Source: an uncultured Gemmatimonadales bacterium (GTDB lineage: Bacteria; Gemmatimonadota; Gemmatimonadetes; Gemmatimonadales; GWC2-71-9). From it: a stretch of 64,000 bases of DNA. Shown here piece by piece: positions 16,786 to 25,848 of this stretch; position 1 is the first letter of the stretch; each line of letters begins with the position of its first letter. The stretch is taken from positions 448,118-512,117 of the forward strand of contig CAVQSR010000004.1 of NCBI GenBank assembly GCA_963716055.1. The letters run 5' to 3'. The position numbers and the translations under genes were made by a program. The notes beneath the pieces are model-generated. The model saw only the letters and a program-made list of their open reading frames with translations. It searched no databases and was not told the DNA's origin.

Positions 16786-18218
16786 GGCCGGGCGGGCTGC
16801 GCCTCGACGCCCGGGATCGACGCCGGCCCGGGGGCGGGCATGATGGGCCGCGCGGCCGAGTCGCCCGGGGCGCGCAGCTCCTTGGCGCGCTCGAGCGCGC
16901 GCTTGAGACCGGCGGAGCTGAGCGACCACTCGGCCGTGGCGCGCAGCGCGTCCGCCAGGAACGGCGGCACCGGGACGAACGAAGTCTGCCCCTGGAGCAC
17001 CCGCTCGATGTAATCGTTGACCGTGGCCGCCGTCAGGCGCCGCCGGTCCTCGGCCGTGGCGGCGGGCTCGCGCAGCGTGGCGGGACCGAGCCCGGTGACG
17101 CCGTACAGCGTCTTCAGGGCGGAGTCGTGCACCTGGCGCAGATAGGTCCAGTCCTCCGCCGACAGGCTCGTGCCCGCGTCTTCCGCGACGCGCACCAGCA
17201 TGTGCCGCTCGGCCACGATGCGGACGAAGTTCGAGAGCTGCGAGTCGGTCGCCGACTGGATGCCCTGCGTCACGGAGGACTCCATGGCGAGGATCCAGCG
17301 CGCCAGGTCGCGCACCCGGAACCGCCCGCCCGAGTACGTCGCCACCGTGGCGCCGCTCTCGCGCGACGTCTCGAAGCCCTGCACCAGCTGCCGCGCGAGC
17401 GCCGGCGCGTCCTTGTCCACGCGCAGCCGCTGCGCGGTGGAAATGCTGTCCACCAGCACCGAATCGAGCTGGAAGGCGACCCGCTCCTCGAGCCCCAGGC
17501 GGAACGTGTCGCGCACCTCCGCGAGCGGCGGGCGCCGGATCACGTGGAGGCCGAACGGCGACCGCACGACGTCGCTCACGCCCCCCGGCTCGAGCGCCCA
17601 CGCGGCCTCTTCGAACGGCTGGACGTAGGCGCCGCGCCCCGCCACCTGGAGCAGCCCCAGGCGCTGCCGGCTGCCGGGGTCTTCCGAGTTCCGCGCCGCG
17701 AGCTGGCCGAAGCGGGCGCCGTCGCGCCGCGCCTGACGCAGCAGGCCCTCCATCTGGCGTTGCTTCGCGGCGACCTCGTCGGGCGACGCGGCCTGCGTCG
17801 CGCGCAGCAGGATGTGCTGGAACAGCCGGTAGTCGCCGGCCGCGAACGCCGAGTCCAGCGCCCCGTCGGTCACGGTGGCGCGCTGGTCGATCTGGGAATC
17901 GTGGAACCGCTCCCAGCGCAGCTGCGCGATCGCCGGCCACATCGCGGCGGCGACGAACGCCGAGTCGTCGAGCGCTTTGCCTTCGGCCACGGCCAGGCCG
18001 AACAGCATGTAGTCCACCCACACGCCGGCCAGGCGGCGGAACGCCTCGGGCTGCAGCGGCACCTGCTTGCTCAGCCCGCCGAGCTGCGACAGCCGCTCCA
18101 CCGACAGCGTCTCGCCGCCCGCGCGGGCCGCGACGTCCGCCCGCACCGAAAACGCTTCCCGCAACGGCTCGCAGCCCGCGAGCCCGACCACCAGCAGCAG
18201 CACCACCAACCGACGCAT
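16782..18218 (-). CDS. PpiC/parvulin-type peptidyl-prolyl isomerase lipoprotein
   Basis: ATG at 18218 (MRRLVVLLLVVGLAGC lipobox). The parvulin core is ...SEDPGSRQRLGLLQVAGRGAYVQPFEEAAWALEPGGVSDVVRSPFGLHVIRR. ATGA overlap with surA. Confidence 0.8.
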   Translation of the reverse strand: MRRLVVLLLVVGLAGCEPLREAFSVRADVAARAGGETLSVERLSQLGGLSKQVPLQPEAFRRLAGVWVDYMLFGLAVAEGKALDDSAFVAAAMWPAIAQLRWERFHDSQIDQRATVTDGALDSAFAAGDYRLFQHILLRATQAASPDEVAAKQRQMEGLLRQARRDGARFGQLAARNSEDPGSRQRLGLLQVAGRGAYVQPFEEAAWALEPGGVSDVVRSPFGLHVIRRPPLAEVRDTFRLGLEERVAFQLDSVLVDSISTAQRLRVDKDAPALARQLVQGFETSRESGATVATYSGGRFRVRDLARWILAMESSVTQGIQSATDSQLSNFVRIVAERHMLVRVAEDAGTSLSAEDWTYLRQVHDSALKTLYGVTGLGPATLREPAATAEDRRRLTAATVNDYIERVLQGQTSFVPVPPFLADALRATAEWSLSSAGLKRALERAKELRAPGDSAARPIMPAPGPASIPGVEAQPARP

Positions 18219-18237
18219 TGGGTCTCCTCGCAGAGTC

Positions 18238-21200
18238 CTACCCCGGATCCGCCCCGAGGGCGGCGAGCGCCCGCGCGAGCCCCGGTCCCATGGCCGCTCC
18301 GCCCAGCCGCCGCAACCGCAGGGCCAGCGGCACCTGTCGCCGTACGTCCGCCTCGAATTGCACCGCGTCGAGCGCCGCGCCGAGAGCCGCGAGCCGCGGG
18401 ACGGCGTCGCGCCGAAACGTGAGCCGCGCCTCGTCGCCCCGGACCAGGATCGTCTCCAGGCCCGCCTGGGCGCCGAGCGCGCGGAGCTCGGACACCAGCA
18501 CGAGGCGCTCGGCCTCCTCGGGGAGCGGGCCGAATCGCTCACGCAGCTCGTCCCGAAGCGGTTGAATGTCGCCAGGAGACGACGCCCGCGCCAGCCTGCG
18601 ATACAGATCGAGCCGCGCGCCGTCGTCGGGAATGAACGTGTCGGGCAGCAACGCGGGCTGGTCGAGCACGACGTCCGGGGGCGCGTGGGGACCCGTCCCC
18701 CGTCCCCCATCCCGCGTCCCCTTGAGCGCCGCGACCGCCTCCTCCAACCACCGCAGGTACGTGTCGAACCCGACCGCCTGGGCGTGGCCCGTCTGGTCGC
18801 GCCCCAGCAGATTGCCCGCGCCGCGCAGCTCCAGATCGCGCAGGGCGATGCGGTAGCCCGACCCGAGATCGGTGTGGTGCTCCAGCACCTCGAGGCGCCG
18901 CTCGGCGTCGGCGTCGGGGTGGTCGGGCACGAGCAGGTAGCACGACGCCCGCCGGTGCGAGCGCCCCACCCGGCCCCGCAGCTGGTACAGCTGCGCCAGC
19001 CCCAGGCGATCGGCGCGGTCCACGATCATCGTGTTGGCGTTGGGGACGTCGAGGCCCGACTCGACGATCATCGTCGAGACGAGCACGTCCACCTCCCCCG
19101 CGACGAACCGCGCCATCACGCGGTCCAGGTCGGCCTCGGCGAGCTGCCCGTGCGCCACGGCCACGCGCGCCCGCGGGGCGAGCTTGCGCACGCGCTCGGC
19201 GATCGTCGCGATCGTCTCGATGCGGTTGTGCACGAAGTACACCTGGCCGCCGCGGTCCAGCTCGCGCGCCATCGCTTCCTCGATGAGCGCGTCGTCCCAC
19301 GGCTCGATGAACGTGAGCACCGGCGAGCGGTCCTTGGGCGGCGTCTCGAGCAGCGTGAGGTCGCGCAGGCCGGTGAGCGACAAGTGCAGCGTGCGCGGGA
19401 TCGGCGTCGCCGTGAGCGTGAGCACGTCCACCGCGAGGCGCAGCGCCTTGAGGCGCTCCTTGTGACGCACCCCGAAACGGTGCTCCTCGTCCACCACCAG
19501 CAGGCCGAGGTCGTGGAACCGCACGTCGGCCGAGAGCAGACGGTGCGTGCCGATCACGATGTCCACGTCGCCCTGCGCGAGCCGCGCCAGCACGGCGGTC
19601 TGCTCGCGGGCACTGCGGAAGCGCGACAGCACCTCCACCTTCACCGGGAAGTCGGCCAGCCGCTCGCGGAACGTGCGCCCGTGCTGCTCGGCGAGAATCG
19701 TCGTGGGCACGAGCACCGCCACCTGCTTGCCGGCCTGGGCCGCCTTGAACGCCGCCCGCACGGCGACCTCGGTCTTGCCGTAGCCCACGTCCCCCACCAG
19801 CAGCCGGTCCATCGGGTGCGGCCGCTCGAGGTCGCGCTTGACCTCCTCGGCCGCGCGGCGCTGGTCCGGGGTGTCCTCATAGAGGAAAGCCGACTCGAGC
19901 TCGCGCTGCCACGCCGTGTCGGGCGGGAACGCGAAGCCCGGCGCCACCCGGCGCCGGGCGTAGAGATCGAGCAGCTCGACGGCCATGGCGCGGATGGCGG
20001 TCCGGGCCTTGTCCCGCTGGCGCTGCCACGTCGTGGAGCCGAGCCGGTGCAGCCGCGGCGGCGGGGCGTCGCCGTCGGCGGCGGTGCGGTAGGGCTCGAG
20101 CTGGTCGATGCGGTACACCGGCACGTTGAGGCGGTCGCCGCCCTCGTACTCGACCACCGCCGCCTCGATCGTCCCCTCGCCCACGGGGACGGTGTGGATG
20201 CCGCGGTAGATGCCGATGCCGTGCTCGATGTGCACCACGAAGTCGCCCGGCGCGAGGGCCGCGGCGGCCCCCAGGGTCGCGAGCGCCGCGCGGTAGCGGC
20301 GCGGCCGCCGCAGACGCCGGGCGCGGCGAAACACCTCGTGGTCGGTGAGCACCCGCAGCGTCGGCAGCACGAAGCCGCCGTCGAGCGCGCCCACCACCAG
20401 GGTCGCGCGCCGCGGCTCGAGCAGCTCCTCCAGCCGCTCGAGCTGGCCGGCGTTGTCGCACAGGATCACCGTGTCGGGCGGGTCCGCCACGAGCGCGCGC
20501 AACCGCTTGATGTCGCGGTCCACGGCCTCGGGGGGCCGCACGTCGAAGCGATCTTCCGCCACCGCCACGTCGCCCGCGCCCGCCACCGCCACGCGGCCGA
20601 ACGCGCCCGCCAGGCCGCGCCACGCGTCGGGCGCCAGGAACAGCGCCTCGCGCTCGAGCGGGTCCTCCCCCAGCCGCCGCGCGATCTCGAGGTGGTGCGC
20701 CGCGTCGGCCCACGCCCGCTCCACCTCGCGCTCGACCGCCGGCTCCTGATCGAACACCAGCAGGCAGTCGGCCGGCAGCAGCTCGAGCAGCGACGAGCGC
20801 ACCCGTCGTCCGTCCCCCGTCCCCCCGCCCTCGACCGTCACCGGCAGGATGGTGACGCGGTCGATCGCCTCGCCCGAGCGCTGGGTGTCGAGATCGAACG
20901 CGCGGAGCGAGATCAGCTCGTCGCCCCACCACTCGGCGCGCGCCGGCGCGGCCATGCCGAAGCCGTACACGTCGAGAATGCCGCCGCGCACGCTGCACTG
21001 CGCCACCTCCGTCACGGTCGGGACCCGCGCGTACCCCATCGCCTCGAGGCGCCGCACGGCATCCGTGAGCGACAGCCCCGGTCCCCCGTCCCCCGTCCCC
21101 CGTCCCCCCAACTCGAGTCTTGCCCCGGCGAGGGCCGCCGGCACTCCCGTCTTCTCCGCCGTCGCGCGCGCGGTGGTGACGACGATGCGCACCGCCCCCG

Positions 21201-21537
21201 CGAGCAGCGCTTCGAGCGTCTCGATGCGCTCGCCCGCGATCTCGAAATGCGGCTCCTCGGCGCCGAGCGCCTCGCGCTGCGGATAGAGACGCGCCGCGTC
21301 GTCGGCGAGCACGCGCAGGTCGGCGAGCCAGCGCTCGGCGTCGGTGGGCGTGGGGGCGACGACGGCGAACACGCGCTGCGGCAGGCGCCGCGCCAGGGCG
21401 GCGACCACCGCCGCGGGCGCCGATCCCGGGAGTCCCCCCACCACGCGCCGCGCGCCCGCGGCCGGCAGCCGGGCCACCAGGCCCCGCAGCGCGGGCAGGG
21501 CGTCAAAGTGATCGAGCAGGAACGCGAGGTCGCTCAT
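18238..21537 (-). CDS. mfd: Transcription-repair coupling factor Mfd
   Basis: ATG at 21537 ([11 protein letters not shown]...). It has a CarD-like segment [15 protein letters not shown] and helicase motifs [42 protein letters not shown]. About 1099 aa with no frameshift. Confidence 0.95.
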   Translation of the reverse strand: MSDLAFLLDHFDALPALRGLVARLPAAGARRVVGGLPGSAPAAVVAALARRLPQRVFAVVAPTPTDAERWLADLRVLADDAARLYPQREALGAEEPHFEIAGERIETLEALLAGAVRIVVTTARATAEKTGVPAALAGARLELGGRGTGDGGPGLSLTDAVRRLEAMGYARVPTVTEVAQCSVRGGILDVYGFGMAAPARAEWWGDELISLRAFDLDTQRSGEAIDRVTILPVTVEGGGTGDGRRVRSSLLELLPADCLLVFDQEPAVEREVERAWADAAHHLEIARRLGEDPLEREALFLAPDAWRGLAGAFGRVAVAGAGDVAVAEDRFDVRPPEAVDRDIKRLRALVADPPDTVILCDNAGQLERLEELLEPRRATLVVGALDGGFVLPTLRVLTDHEVFRRARRLRRPRRYRAALATLGAAAALAPGDFVVHIEHGIGIYRGIHTVPVGEGTIEAAVVEYEGGDRLNVPVYRIDQLEPYRTAADGDAPPPRLHRLGSTTWQRQRDKARTAIRAMAVELLDLYARRRVAPGFAFPPDTAWQRELESAFLYEDTPDQRRAAEEVKRDLERPHPMDRLLVGDVGYGKTEVAVRAAFKAAQAGKQVAVLVPTTILAEQHGRTFRERLADFPVKVEVLSRFRSAREQTAVLARLAQGDVDIVIGTHRLLSADVRFHDLGLLVVDEEHRFGVRHKERLKALRLAVDVLTLTATPIPRTLHLSLTGLRDLTLLETPPKDRSPVLTFIEPWDDALIEEAMARELDRGGQVYFVHNRIETIATIAERVRKLAPRARVAVAHGQLAEADLDRVMARFVAGEVDVLVSTMIVESGLDVPNANTMIVDRADRLGLAQLYQLRGRVGRSHRRASCYLLVPDHPDADAERRLEVLEHHTDLGSGYRIALRDLELRGAGNLLGRDQTGHAQAVGFDTYLRWLEEAVAALKGTRDGGRGTGPHAPPDVVLDQPALLPDTFIPDDGARLDLYRRLARASSPGDIQPLRDELRERFGPLPEEAERLVLVSELRALGAQAGLETILVRGDEARLTFRRDAVPRLAALGAALDAVQFEADVRRQVPLALRLRRLGGAAMGPGLARALAALGADPG
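18688..18722. repeat. CGTCCCC-type heptamer tract in frame in mfd ([12 protein letters not shown])
   Basis: The plus strand reads GGGGACCCGTCCCCCGTCCCCCATCCCGCGTCCCC. Confidence 0.7.
20803..20830. repeat. CGTCCCC-type heptamer tract in frame in mfd (EGGGTGDG)
   Basis: The plus strand reads CGTCGTCCGTCCCCCGTCCCCCCGCCC. Confidence 0.7.
21077..21110. repeat. CGTCCCC heptamer x3-4 in frame in mfd ([11 protein letters not shown])
   Basis: The plus strand reads CCCGGTCCCCCGTCCCCCGTCCCCCGTCCCCCC. Confidence 0.75.
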
Positions 21538-23210
21538 CGGGTGCGCCACGCGACCCACAGCTCCAGGGCGGCGAGCAGCAGCGCGAGCAGCAGCAGCCCC
21601 GCGCCGAGATCGGCGCGGCGCGCCCCGCCGAAGCGCGCGGCGGCGAACCGCTCGGCGGCGAGCGGCGCCGCGCCGAGCGCGCGCCGCACCTCCGCCGGCC
21701 GGGCGGGCGTCAGGTCGGACTCGCGCGGGTCGGGCGCGCTCACCGTCGCCCCGACGGTGTCGCGCCCGCGCACCGTGAACGCGACCCCGGGCGCCCCCGC
21801 CACCACCGTCACCGCGCTCTCGCCGCGCGCCACCCGGTTCACCAGGCGGTCCACGAACGGCACGAACGCAGGTGTCGCGGGCAGCGCGGTCCAGGCCGTG
21901 TCGAGCCGCGAGCCGACCACGAGCAGCCCGGCGTCGCGCACCAGCCACGGCTCGCCGTTCACGGTGGCGAGCACCTCGCCCGCGCCGGGACTGCCCTCGA
22001 GCCGGTAGCGGCGCTGCACGGGGATGCCCCGGACGCGCAGGTCCCCCGCCTCCGCCAGGATCCCCGGCGTGCCGGGCGCGCCGAAGCGCCAGCGCGCGCC
22101 CGCCGCGCCGAGCGCGCGATTGACGGTCCCCACGAGCGCCGCGTCGGCGGGGGGCAGGACGACCGCCCCCGCGGCGGGCGCCGCCCCGATGCGCACCTCG
22201 CCGCCCGCGGCCGCCCGGCCCGCGTCGCGCAGCACGGCGAGCGCCGCGGCGGCGAACGGGCCCGCCGCGGGGTCCGCGCTGGCGCGGGCGGGAGGCGCCA
22301 CGCGCCACGCGATCGGCCGGGCGTCGTCGGCGCGCAGCTCGTCGGGCGCCAGCCGCACCTCGCCCGTCCACCAGCCCGGCGCGAGCGCCGGCAGCGGCAG
22401 CGCCACCTCGGCGCCGGCGGCCACGAGCGCGTGCCCCGTCTCGCGGCCGCGCACCACCAGCGCCACCGCCGCGGGCGCCTCGCCGGGCGTCCCCCCCAAC
22501 GCCACGGCGACGGCGCCGTCCCGCACTTCCGCCGCGGCGATGCCGCGGTTCGCCACGGCGGGCTCGGGCTCGAGCACGAGCACCGCCACGCCCGCGGGCG
22601 TATCCACCCGCCCCGCCGCGAGGGCCGTACGCTGCAGGTCGCTCAGCACGTGCACCTCGCCGCCCGCCAGCGGCTCGGCGTCCACCAGGCGCGCGGCCCG
22701 CTCGACGGCGGCGACGAGGTCGAGCCGCTGGGGAGTGGGCGCGAGCGCATCGATCACCGCCAGCTGCTCGGGCGCGGTGCCCGCCCGCGCCACGCCGTCG
22801 GCCAGAATGAGGAAGAGGCGGTCGTCCGGTCCCGCGGCGGCGACGCTCGCCCGCGCGGCCGCGCGCAGCCGGTCCAGGGCCACGCGCCCGCCCCCCGTGG
22901 CCCCCGACGACAGCGAGTTGTCGAGCACCAGGACCACGGCCGTCGGCGGATGGGCCGATCCCGCGCCGGCGAGCGGCACCAGCGGACGCGCGGCGGCGAG
23001 GACGATCACGGCGATGAGGGCCGTGCGCAGCAGCAGCAGCAGCCGGTGTCGCAGCCGCAGGCGCCGGGCGGTGCGCCGCTCGGCCTCGGCCAGGTACCGC
23101 ACGGCGGGGAACTCGAGCTCGGGGGGCGTGCGCCGCTGGAACAGGTGCAGCAGGATCGGGATCGCCGCGGCGCCGAGGCCGAGCAGCGCCAGGGGATGCA
23201 GGAACGTCAC
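21534..23210 (-). CDS. BatA-N / von Willebrand-type membrane protein (aerotolerance-operon-like)
   Basis: GTG at 23210. [27 protein letters not shown] is the BatA N-terminal signature, followed by [11 protein letters not shown] (VWA MIDAS-like). There is a C-terminal TM. ATGA overlap with mfd. Confidence 0.8.
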   Translation of the reverse strand: MTFLHPLALLGLGAAAIPILLHLFQRRTPPELEFPAVRYLAEAERRTARRLRLRHRLLLLLRTALIAVIVLAAARPLVPLAGAGSAHPPTAVVLVLDNSLSSGATGGGRVALDRLRAAARASVAAAGPDDRLFLILADGVARAGTAPEQLAVIDALAPTPQRLDLVAAVERAARLVDAEPLAGGEVHVLSDLQRTALAAGRVDTPAGVAVLVLEPEPAVANRGIAAAEVRDGAVAVALGGTPGEAPAAVALVVRGRETGHALVAAGAEVALPLPALAPGWWTGEVRLAPDELRADDARPIAWRVAPPARASADPAAGPFAAAALAVLRDAGRAAAGGEVRIGAAPAAGAVVLPPADAALVGTVNRALGAAGARWRFGAPGTPGILAEAGDLRVRGIPVQRRYRLEGSPGAGEVLATVNGEPWLVRDAGLLVVGSRLDTAWTALPATPAFVPFVDRLVNRVARGESAVTVVAGAPGVAFTVRGRDTVGATVSAPDPRESDLTPARPAEVRRALGAAPLAAERFAAARFGGARRADLGAGLLLLALLLAALELWVAWRTR

Positions 23211-24100
23211 GCGATCATCCGCAGCGCGAGTCCGAAGGGGAGGTCGGTCGAGACCGCGTGGTAGGCCACGCCGTGGCGGCGGCACGTCGCGCGCCACGCC
23301 GCGATCTCCCGATCCACCGTGGCGGCGTACGCCCGCGCCAGCTCGCGGGGCCGCACCACCACGCTCAGGTCCGACTCGGAATCGCGGTAGCGCACTTCGG
23401 CGGGCCCGGTGAGCGCCCGCTCGGCCGGATCGAGCACGTGCACCACGATCACCTGGTGGCCGCGGTAGCGCAGGTAGCGCAGCGCCGTGAGCACCAGCGC
23501 CCGGTCGAACAGCAGGTCGGACACGAGCACCACCAGGCCGCGCCGCGTGAGCAGGCGGGTGAGATGGCGCAGCGCCGCCTCGGCCGCCGTGCCGCGCCCG
23601 TCGGGCGTGTCGAGCAGGGCCCGCACCAGCCGGCTCCACTGGCCCGCCTTCACGCGCGCCGGCACCACGCGGCGCACGGCATCGTCGAACGTGATCAGGC
23701 CGGTCGCGTCGCGCTGGCGCAGCAGCACCAGCCCCAGCGCCGCCGCCAGCCGGTCGGCGTACTGCCGCTTGGTGAGCCGCTCCGGCGCGCCGCGCCACGC
23801 CATCGAGCGGCTCGCGTCCACCAGCACCATCGCGCGGAGATTGGTCTCTTCCTCGTACTGCTTGACGAACAGCCGGTCGGAGCGGGCGAGGATCTTCCAG
23901 TCGAGGTAGCGGGTCTCGTCCCCCGGCTGATAGGCCCGGTGCTCGGTGAACTCGACCGAGAAGCCGCGGAACGGCGAGCGGTGCAGCCCCGCCAGGAAGC
24001 CCTCGACCACGCCGCGGGCCACGATCTCGATCCCCCCCAGGCGCGATACCTCGGCGGGATCGAGCAGGTCGAGGCGGCGCGGCGCGGTCATCGGGCGCAA
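23207..24100 (-). CDS. DUF58 domain protein (MoxR-operon type)
   Basis: ...GLHRSPFRGFSVEFTEHRAYQPGDETRYLDWKILARSDRLFVKQYEEETNLRAMVLVDASRSM is the canonical DUF58 core. No MoxR ATPase gene lies upstream in this window. Confidence 0.85.
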   Translation of the reverse strand: MRPMTAPRRLDLLDPAEVSRLGGIEIVARGVVEGFLAGLHRSPFRGFSVEFTEHRAYQPGDETRYLDWKILARSDRLFVKQYEEETNLRAMVLVDASRSMAWRGAPERLTKRQYADRLAAALGLVLLRQRDATGLITFDDAVRRVVPARVKAGQWSRLVRALLDTPDGRGTAAEAALRHLTRLLTRRGLVVLVSDLLFDRALVLTALRYLRYRGHQVIVVHVLDPAERALTGPAEVRYRDSESDLSVVVRPRELARAYAATVDREIAAWRATCRRHGVAYHAVSTDLPFGLALRMIA

Positions 24101-24249
24101 AGGTAACGGGGGGACAACTGTCCGTGGCAGGGGACAAACCGGCGGCCCGGCGCTCGGGCAGCCTGGCGGATCGTATTGGCAATCAACAGGTTACGGTTCA
24201 GCCCCCGTGGCATGGCGCCTGCCTTTCGTAGCGGCGGGAGGACCGACTC

Positions 24250-25632
24250 ATGGTGACCACAACCGTCTTGCTCGCGCTCACGGCGCTCAGCGCCCAGGAC
24301 CCCGTCGTGCCGCACGACGGCGCGCGCGCGGGGCCCGGCATCCGCCCGCGCGTCGAGGTCTGGACCAACCGCGGCGACGACGTCGTGTCGCGCGGCGACC
24401 GCGTGCGCGTGTTCCTGCGCGCCGACCGCGACGCCTTCGTCACCGTCTTCCGCGTCGACACCGACGGGCGCGTGCGCGTGCTGTTCCCGCGCGAGCCCTG
24501 GGAAGACACGTTCCTGCGCCGCGAGCGCGAGTACGAAATCGAGGGCCCGCGCGGACGGGACGCGCTCACCATCGACGACTACCCCGGCGTGGGCTACATC
24601 TTCGCCGTCGCCGCGGCCGATCCGTTCGACTACCGCACCGTGGTCACCGGCGACCACTGGGACTACCGGGTGATCGCCGACGGGCGCGTGCGGGGCGACC
24701 CCTACGTCGCCCTCACCGACCTGGCCCAGCGCATCGTCCCCGAAGGGTACGAGGACTGGGATTACGACCTCGCGCAGTACTACGTCGAGCGGCACTACGA
24801 CTATCCGCGGTTCGTGTGCTACGACTGCCACTCGTACGCCAGCTGGACCTACTGGGACCCGTACCGCTACGACTGCCGGTCGTTCCGCATCGTGATCTAC
24901 GACGACCCCTGGTACTACCCGTATCGCTACTACGGGGGCACGCGGGTGGTGTGGATCCGCCCCTACCGGCCGCAGCCGCGCTACGTCTTCAAGGAGTGGA
25001 GCGGCGTGAACCGGGAGCGCGAGGAGTTCATCACGCGCGCGCGCCAGCGGCCCGCGGGCGAGGACCGCGAGCGCGAGCGCACCGCGCGCCCCGCGCGCCG
25101 CACGGGCGTGGACGCCATCCCGGCGCCGCGCACGCGCGACCGGGATCAGCGGCCCAACCAGCCCGAGGCACGGCCCGATCGCCCGGCCCCGGCCGACCGT
25201 CCTGCGGACCGACCCGTCCGTCCCGTCCGTCCCGTCCGTCCCGACCCGGGAGACCGCCCGGCGACGCGCGACAAGCCCGCGGTGCGGGCACCCGCCGAGC
25301 GCACCGACCGCTCGGTCCGTCCCGTCCGTCCGGCTCCCGAGGCCCGCCCGGCGACGCGGGACAAGCCCGCGGTCCGAGCGCCCGCCGAGCGCACCGACCG
25401 CTCGACCCGGGCACCCGCCGAGCGCACCGACCGCTCGGTCCGTCCGGCGCCCGGCTCCCGAGGCGCACCGATCGGCTCCGCCCGGCCGCCCGGCGAGCGC
25501 GACCGGCCCGCGGCACGGCCCGTCCCGAGCGCCAGGCACCGGCGGCGCGCGCGTCGCCGCCCAGCCGGTCCGGCGGCTCCGCGCGCTCCGGCGGCCGGTC
25601 GGCCCCCGCCACCCGGGCCAAGCCCGAGCTGA
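24250..25632 (+). CDS. DUF4384-like secreted protein with Tyr/Trp-rich middle and Pro/Arg-rich repetitive tail
   Basis: GGGAGGA lies before the ATG. The DUF4384-type motif is GDRVRVFLRADRDAFVTVFRVDTDGRVRVLFP. The 3' end is uncertain, because an alternative frame ends at TAG 25650-25652. Confidence 0.7.
   Translation: MVTTTVLLALTALSAQDPVVPHDGARAGPGIRPRVEVWTNRGDDVVSRGDRVRVFLRADRDAFVTVFRVDTDGRVRVLFPREPWEDTFLRREREYEIEGPRGRDALTIDDYPGVGYIFAVAAADPFDYRTVVTGDHWDYRVIADGRVRGDPYVALTDLAQRIVPEGYEDWDYDLAQYYVERHYDYPRFVCYDCHSYASWTYWDPYRYDCRSFRIVIYDDPWYYPYRYYGGTRVVWIRPYRPQPRYVFKEWSGVNREREEFITRARQRPAGEDRERERTARPARRTGVDAIPAPRTRDRDQRPNQPEARPDRPAPADRPADRPVRPVRPVRPDPGDRPATRDKPAVRAPAERTDRSVRPVRPAPEARPATRDKPAVRAPAERTDRSTRAPAERTDRSVRPAPGSRGAPIGSARPPGERDRPAARPVPSARHRRRARRRPAGPAAPRAPAAGRPPPPGPSPS
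25255..25436 (+). repeat. Intragenic tandem repeats (about 60-nt unit, 2.4 copies) encoding RPATRDKPAVRAPAERTDRS
   Basis: Units lie at 25255-25314 and 25345-25404, with a partial unit at 25411-25436. Confidence 0.7.
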
Positions 25633-25642
25633 AGCGGCGGAA

Positions 25643-25682
25643 GACGGACTAGGCGGCTCGGCGGCTCGGCGGCTAGTCCGTC
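25643..25682. terminator. Hairpin with perfect 10-bp stem after the DUF4384 gene
   Basis: GACGGACTAG, a 20-nt loop (GCGGCTCG x2.5), then CTAGTCCGTC. There is no T tract. Confidence 0.45.
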
Positions 25683-25685
25683 GGG

Positions 25686-25832
25686 CCGCCGTCCGTCTCG
25701 TCCGTCCCGTCCGTCTCGTCCGTCGTCCGTCCGTCTCGTCCGTCTTGTCCGTCCGTCCCGTCCGTCTCGTCCGCCCCCGTCCGTCTCGTCCGTCCCGTCC
25801 GTCCGTCCGTCTCGTCCGTCCTCGTCCGTCTA
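25686..25832. repeat. Intergenic CCGTCCGTC(T/C) microsatellite array, about 150 bp
   Basis: Repeated GTCCGTCTC / GTCCGTCCC nonamers run between the DUF4384 gene and the first M28 gene. The same unit encodes RPVRPVRPVRP at 25215-25243. Confidence 0.85.
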
Positions 25833-25848
25833 TTATCTTCCCGCCCCT

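Noticed and set aside
15445-18021. An 858-aa ORF treated as a single SurA-like gene.
   Set aside because: Only the C-terminal 446 aa (from ATG 16785, with a signal peptide) are SurA-like. The upstream part overlaps the separately conserved PpiC lipoprotein gene out of frame.
18067-22008. A 1313-aa plus-strand ORF, and similar giant ORFs (24088..26727 minus, 40926..43295 minus, 16770..18422 plus, 12576..13925 minus, 4809..5546 minus).
   Set aside because: They lie antisense to or overlapping clearly conserved genes (mfd, DUF4384/M28, wzc, ppiC, the corC-type gene, the kinase). Their products are Arg/Gly/Ala/Pro low complexity. These are typical stop-poor shadow frames of high-GC DNA.
21538-22371. 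A 278-aa N-terminal extension of the mfd ORF ([17 protein letters not shown]...).
   Set aside because: The extension is Arg-rich and overlaps the BatA-like gene in another frame. Conserved Mfd sequence begins at ATG 21537, which forms an ATGA overlap with the upstream stop.
21534-24100. The DUF58-BatA pair as a novel system.
   Set aside because: It is the well-known MoxR/Bat-type aerotolerance gene set. Only the ATPase is missing from this window, and it may be encoded elsewhere.
23946-25652. A 568-aa plus-strand ORF as an alternative gene model for the DUF4384 region.
   Set aside because: Its 5' part overlaps the DUF58 gene antisense and is low complexity. Only its last few codons (ending at TAG 25650-25652) are considered, as a possible frameshifted C-terminus of the 24250 gene.
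25686-25832. A CRISPR array, considered here and also for the array at 10140-10219.
   Set aside because: The units are 8-10 nt and directly abutting, with no unique spacers, and no cas genes are present in the window. These are microsatellite-type repeats.
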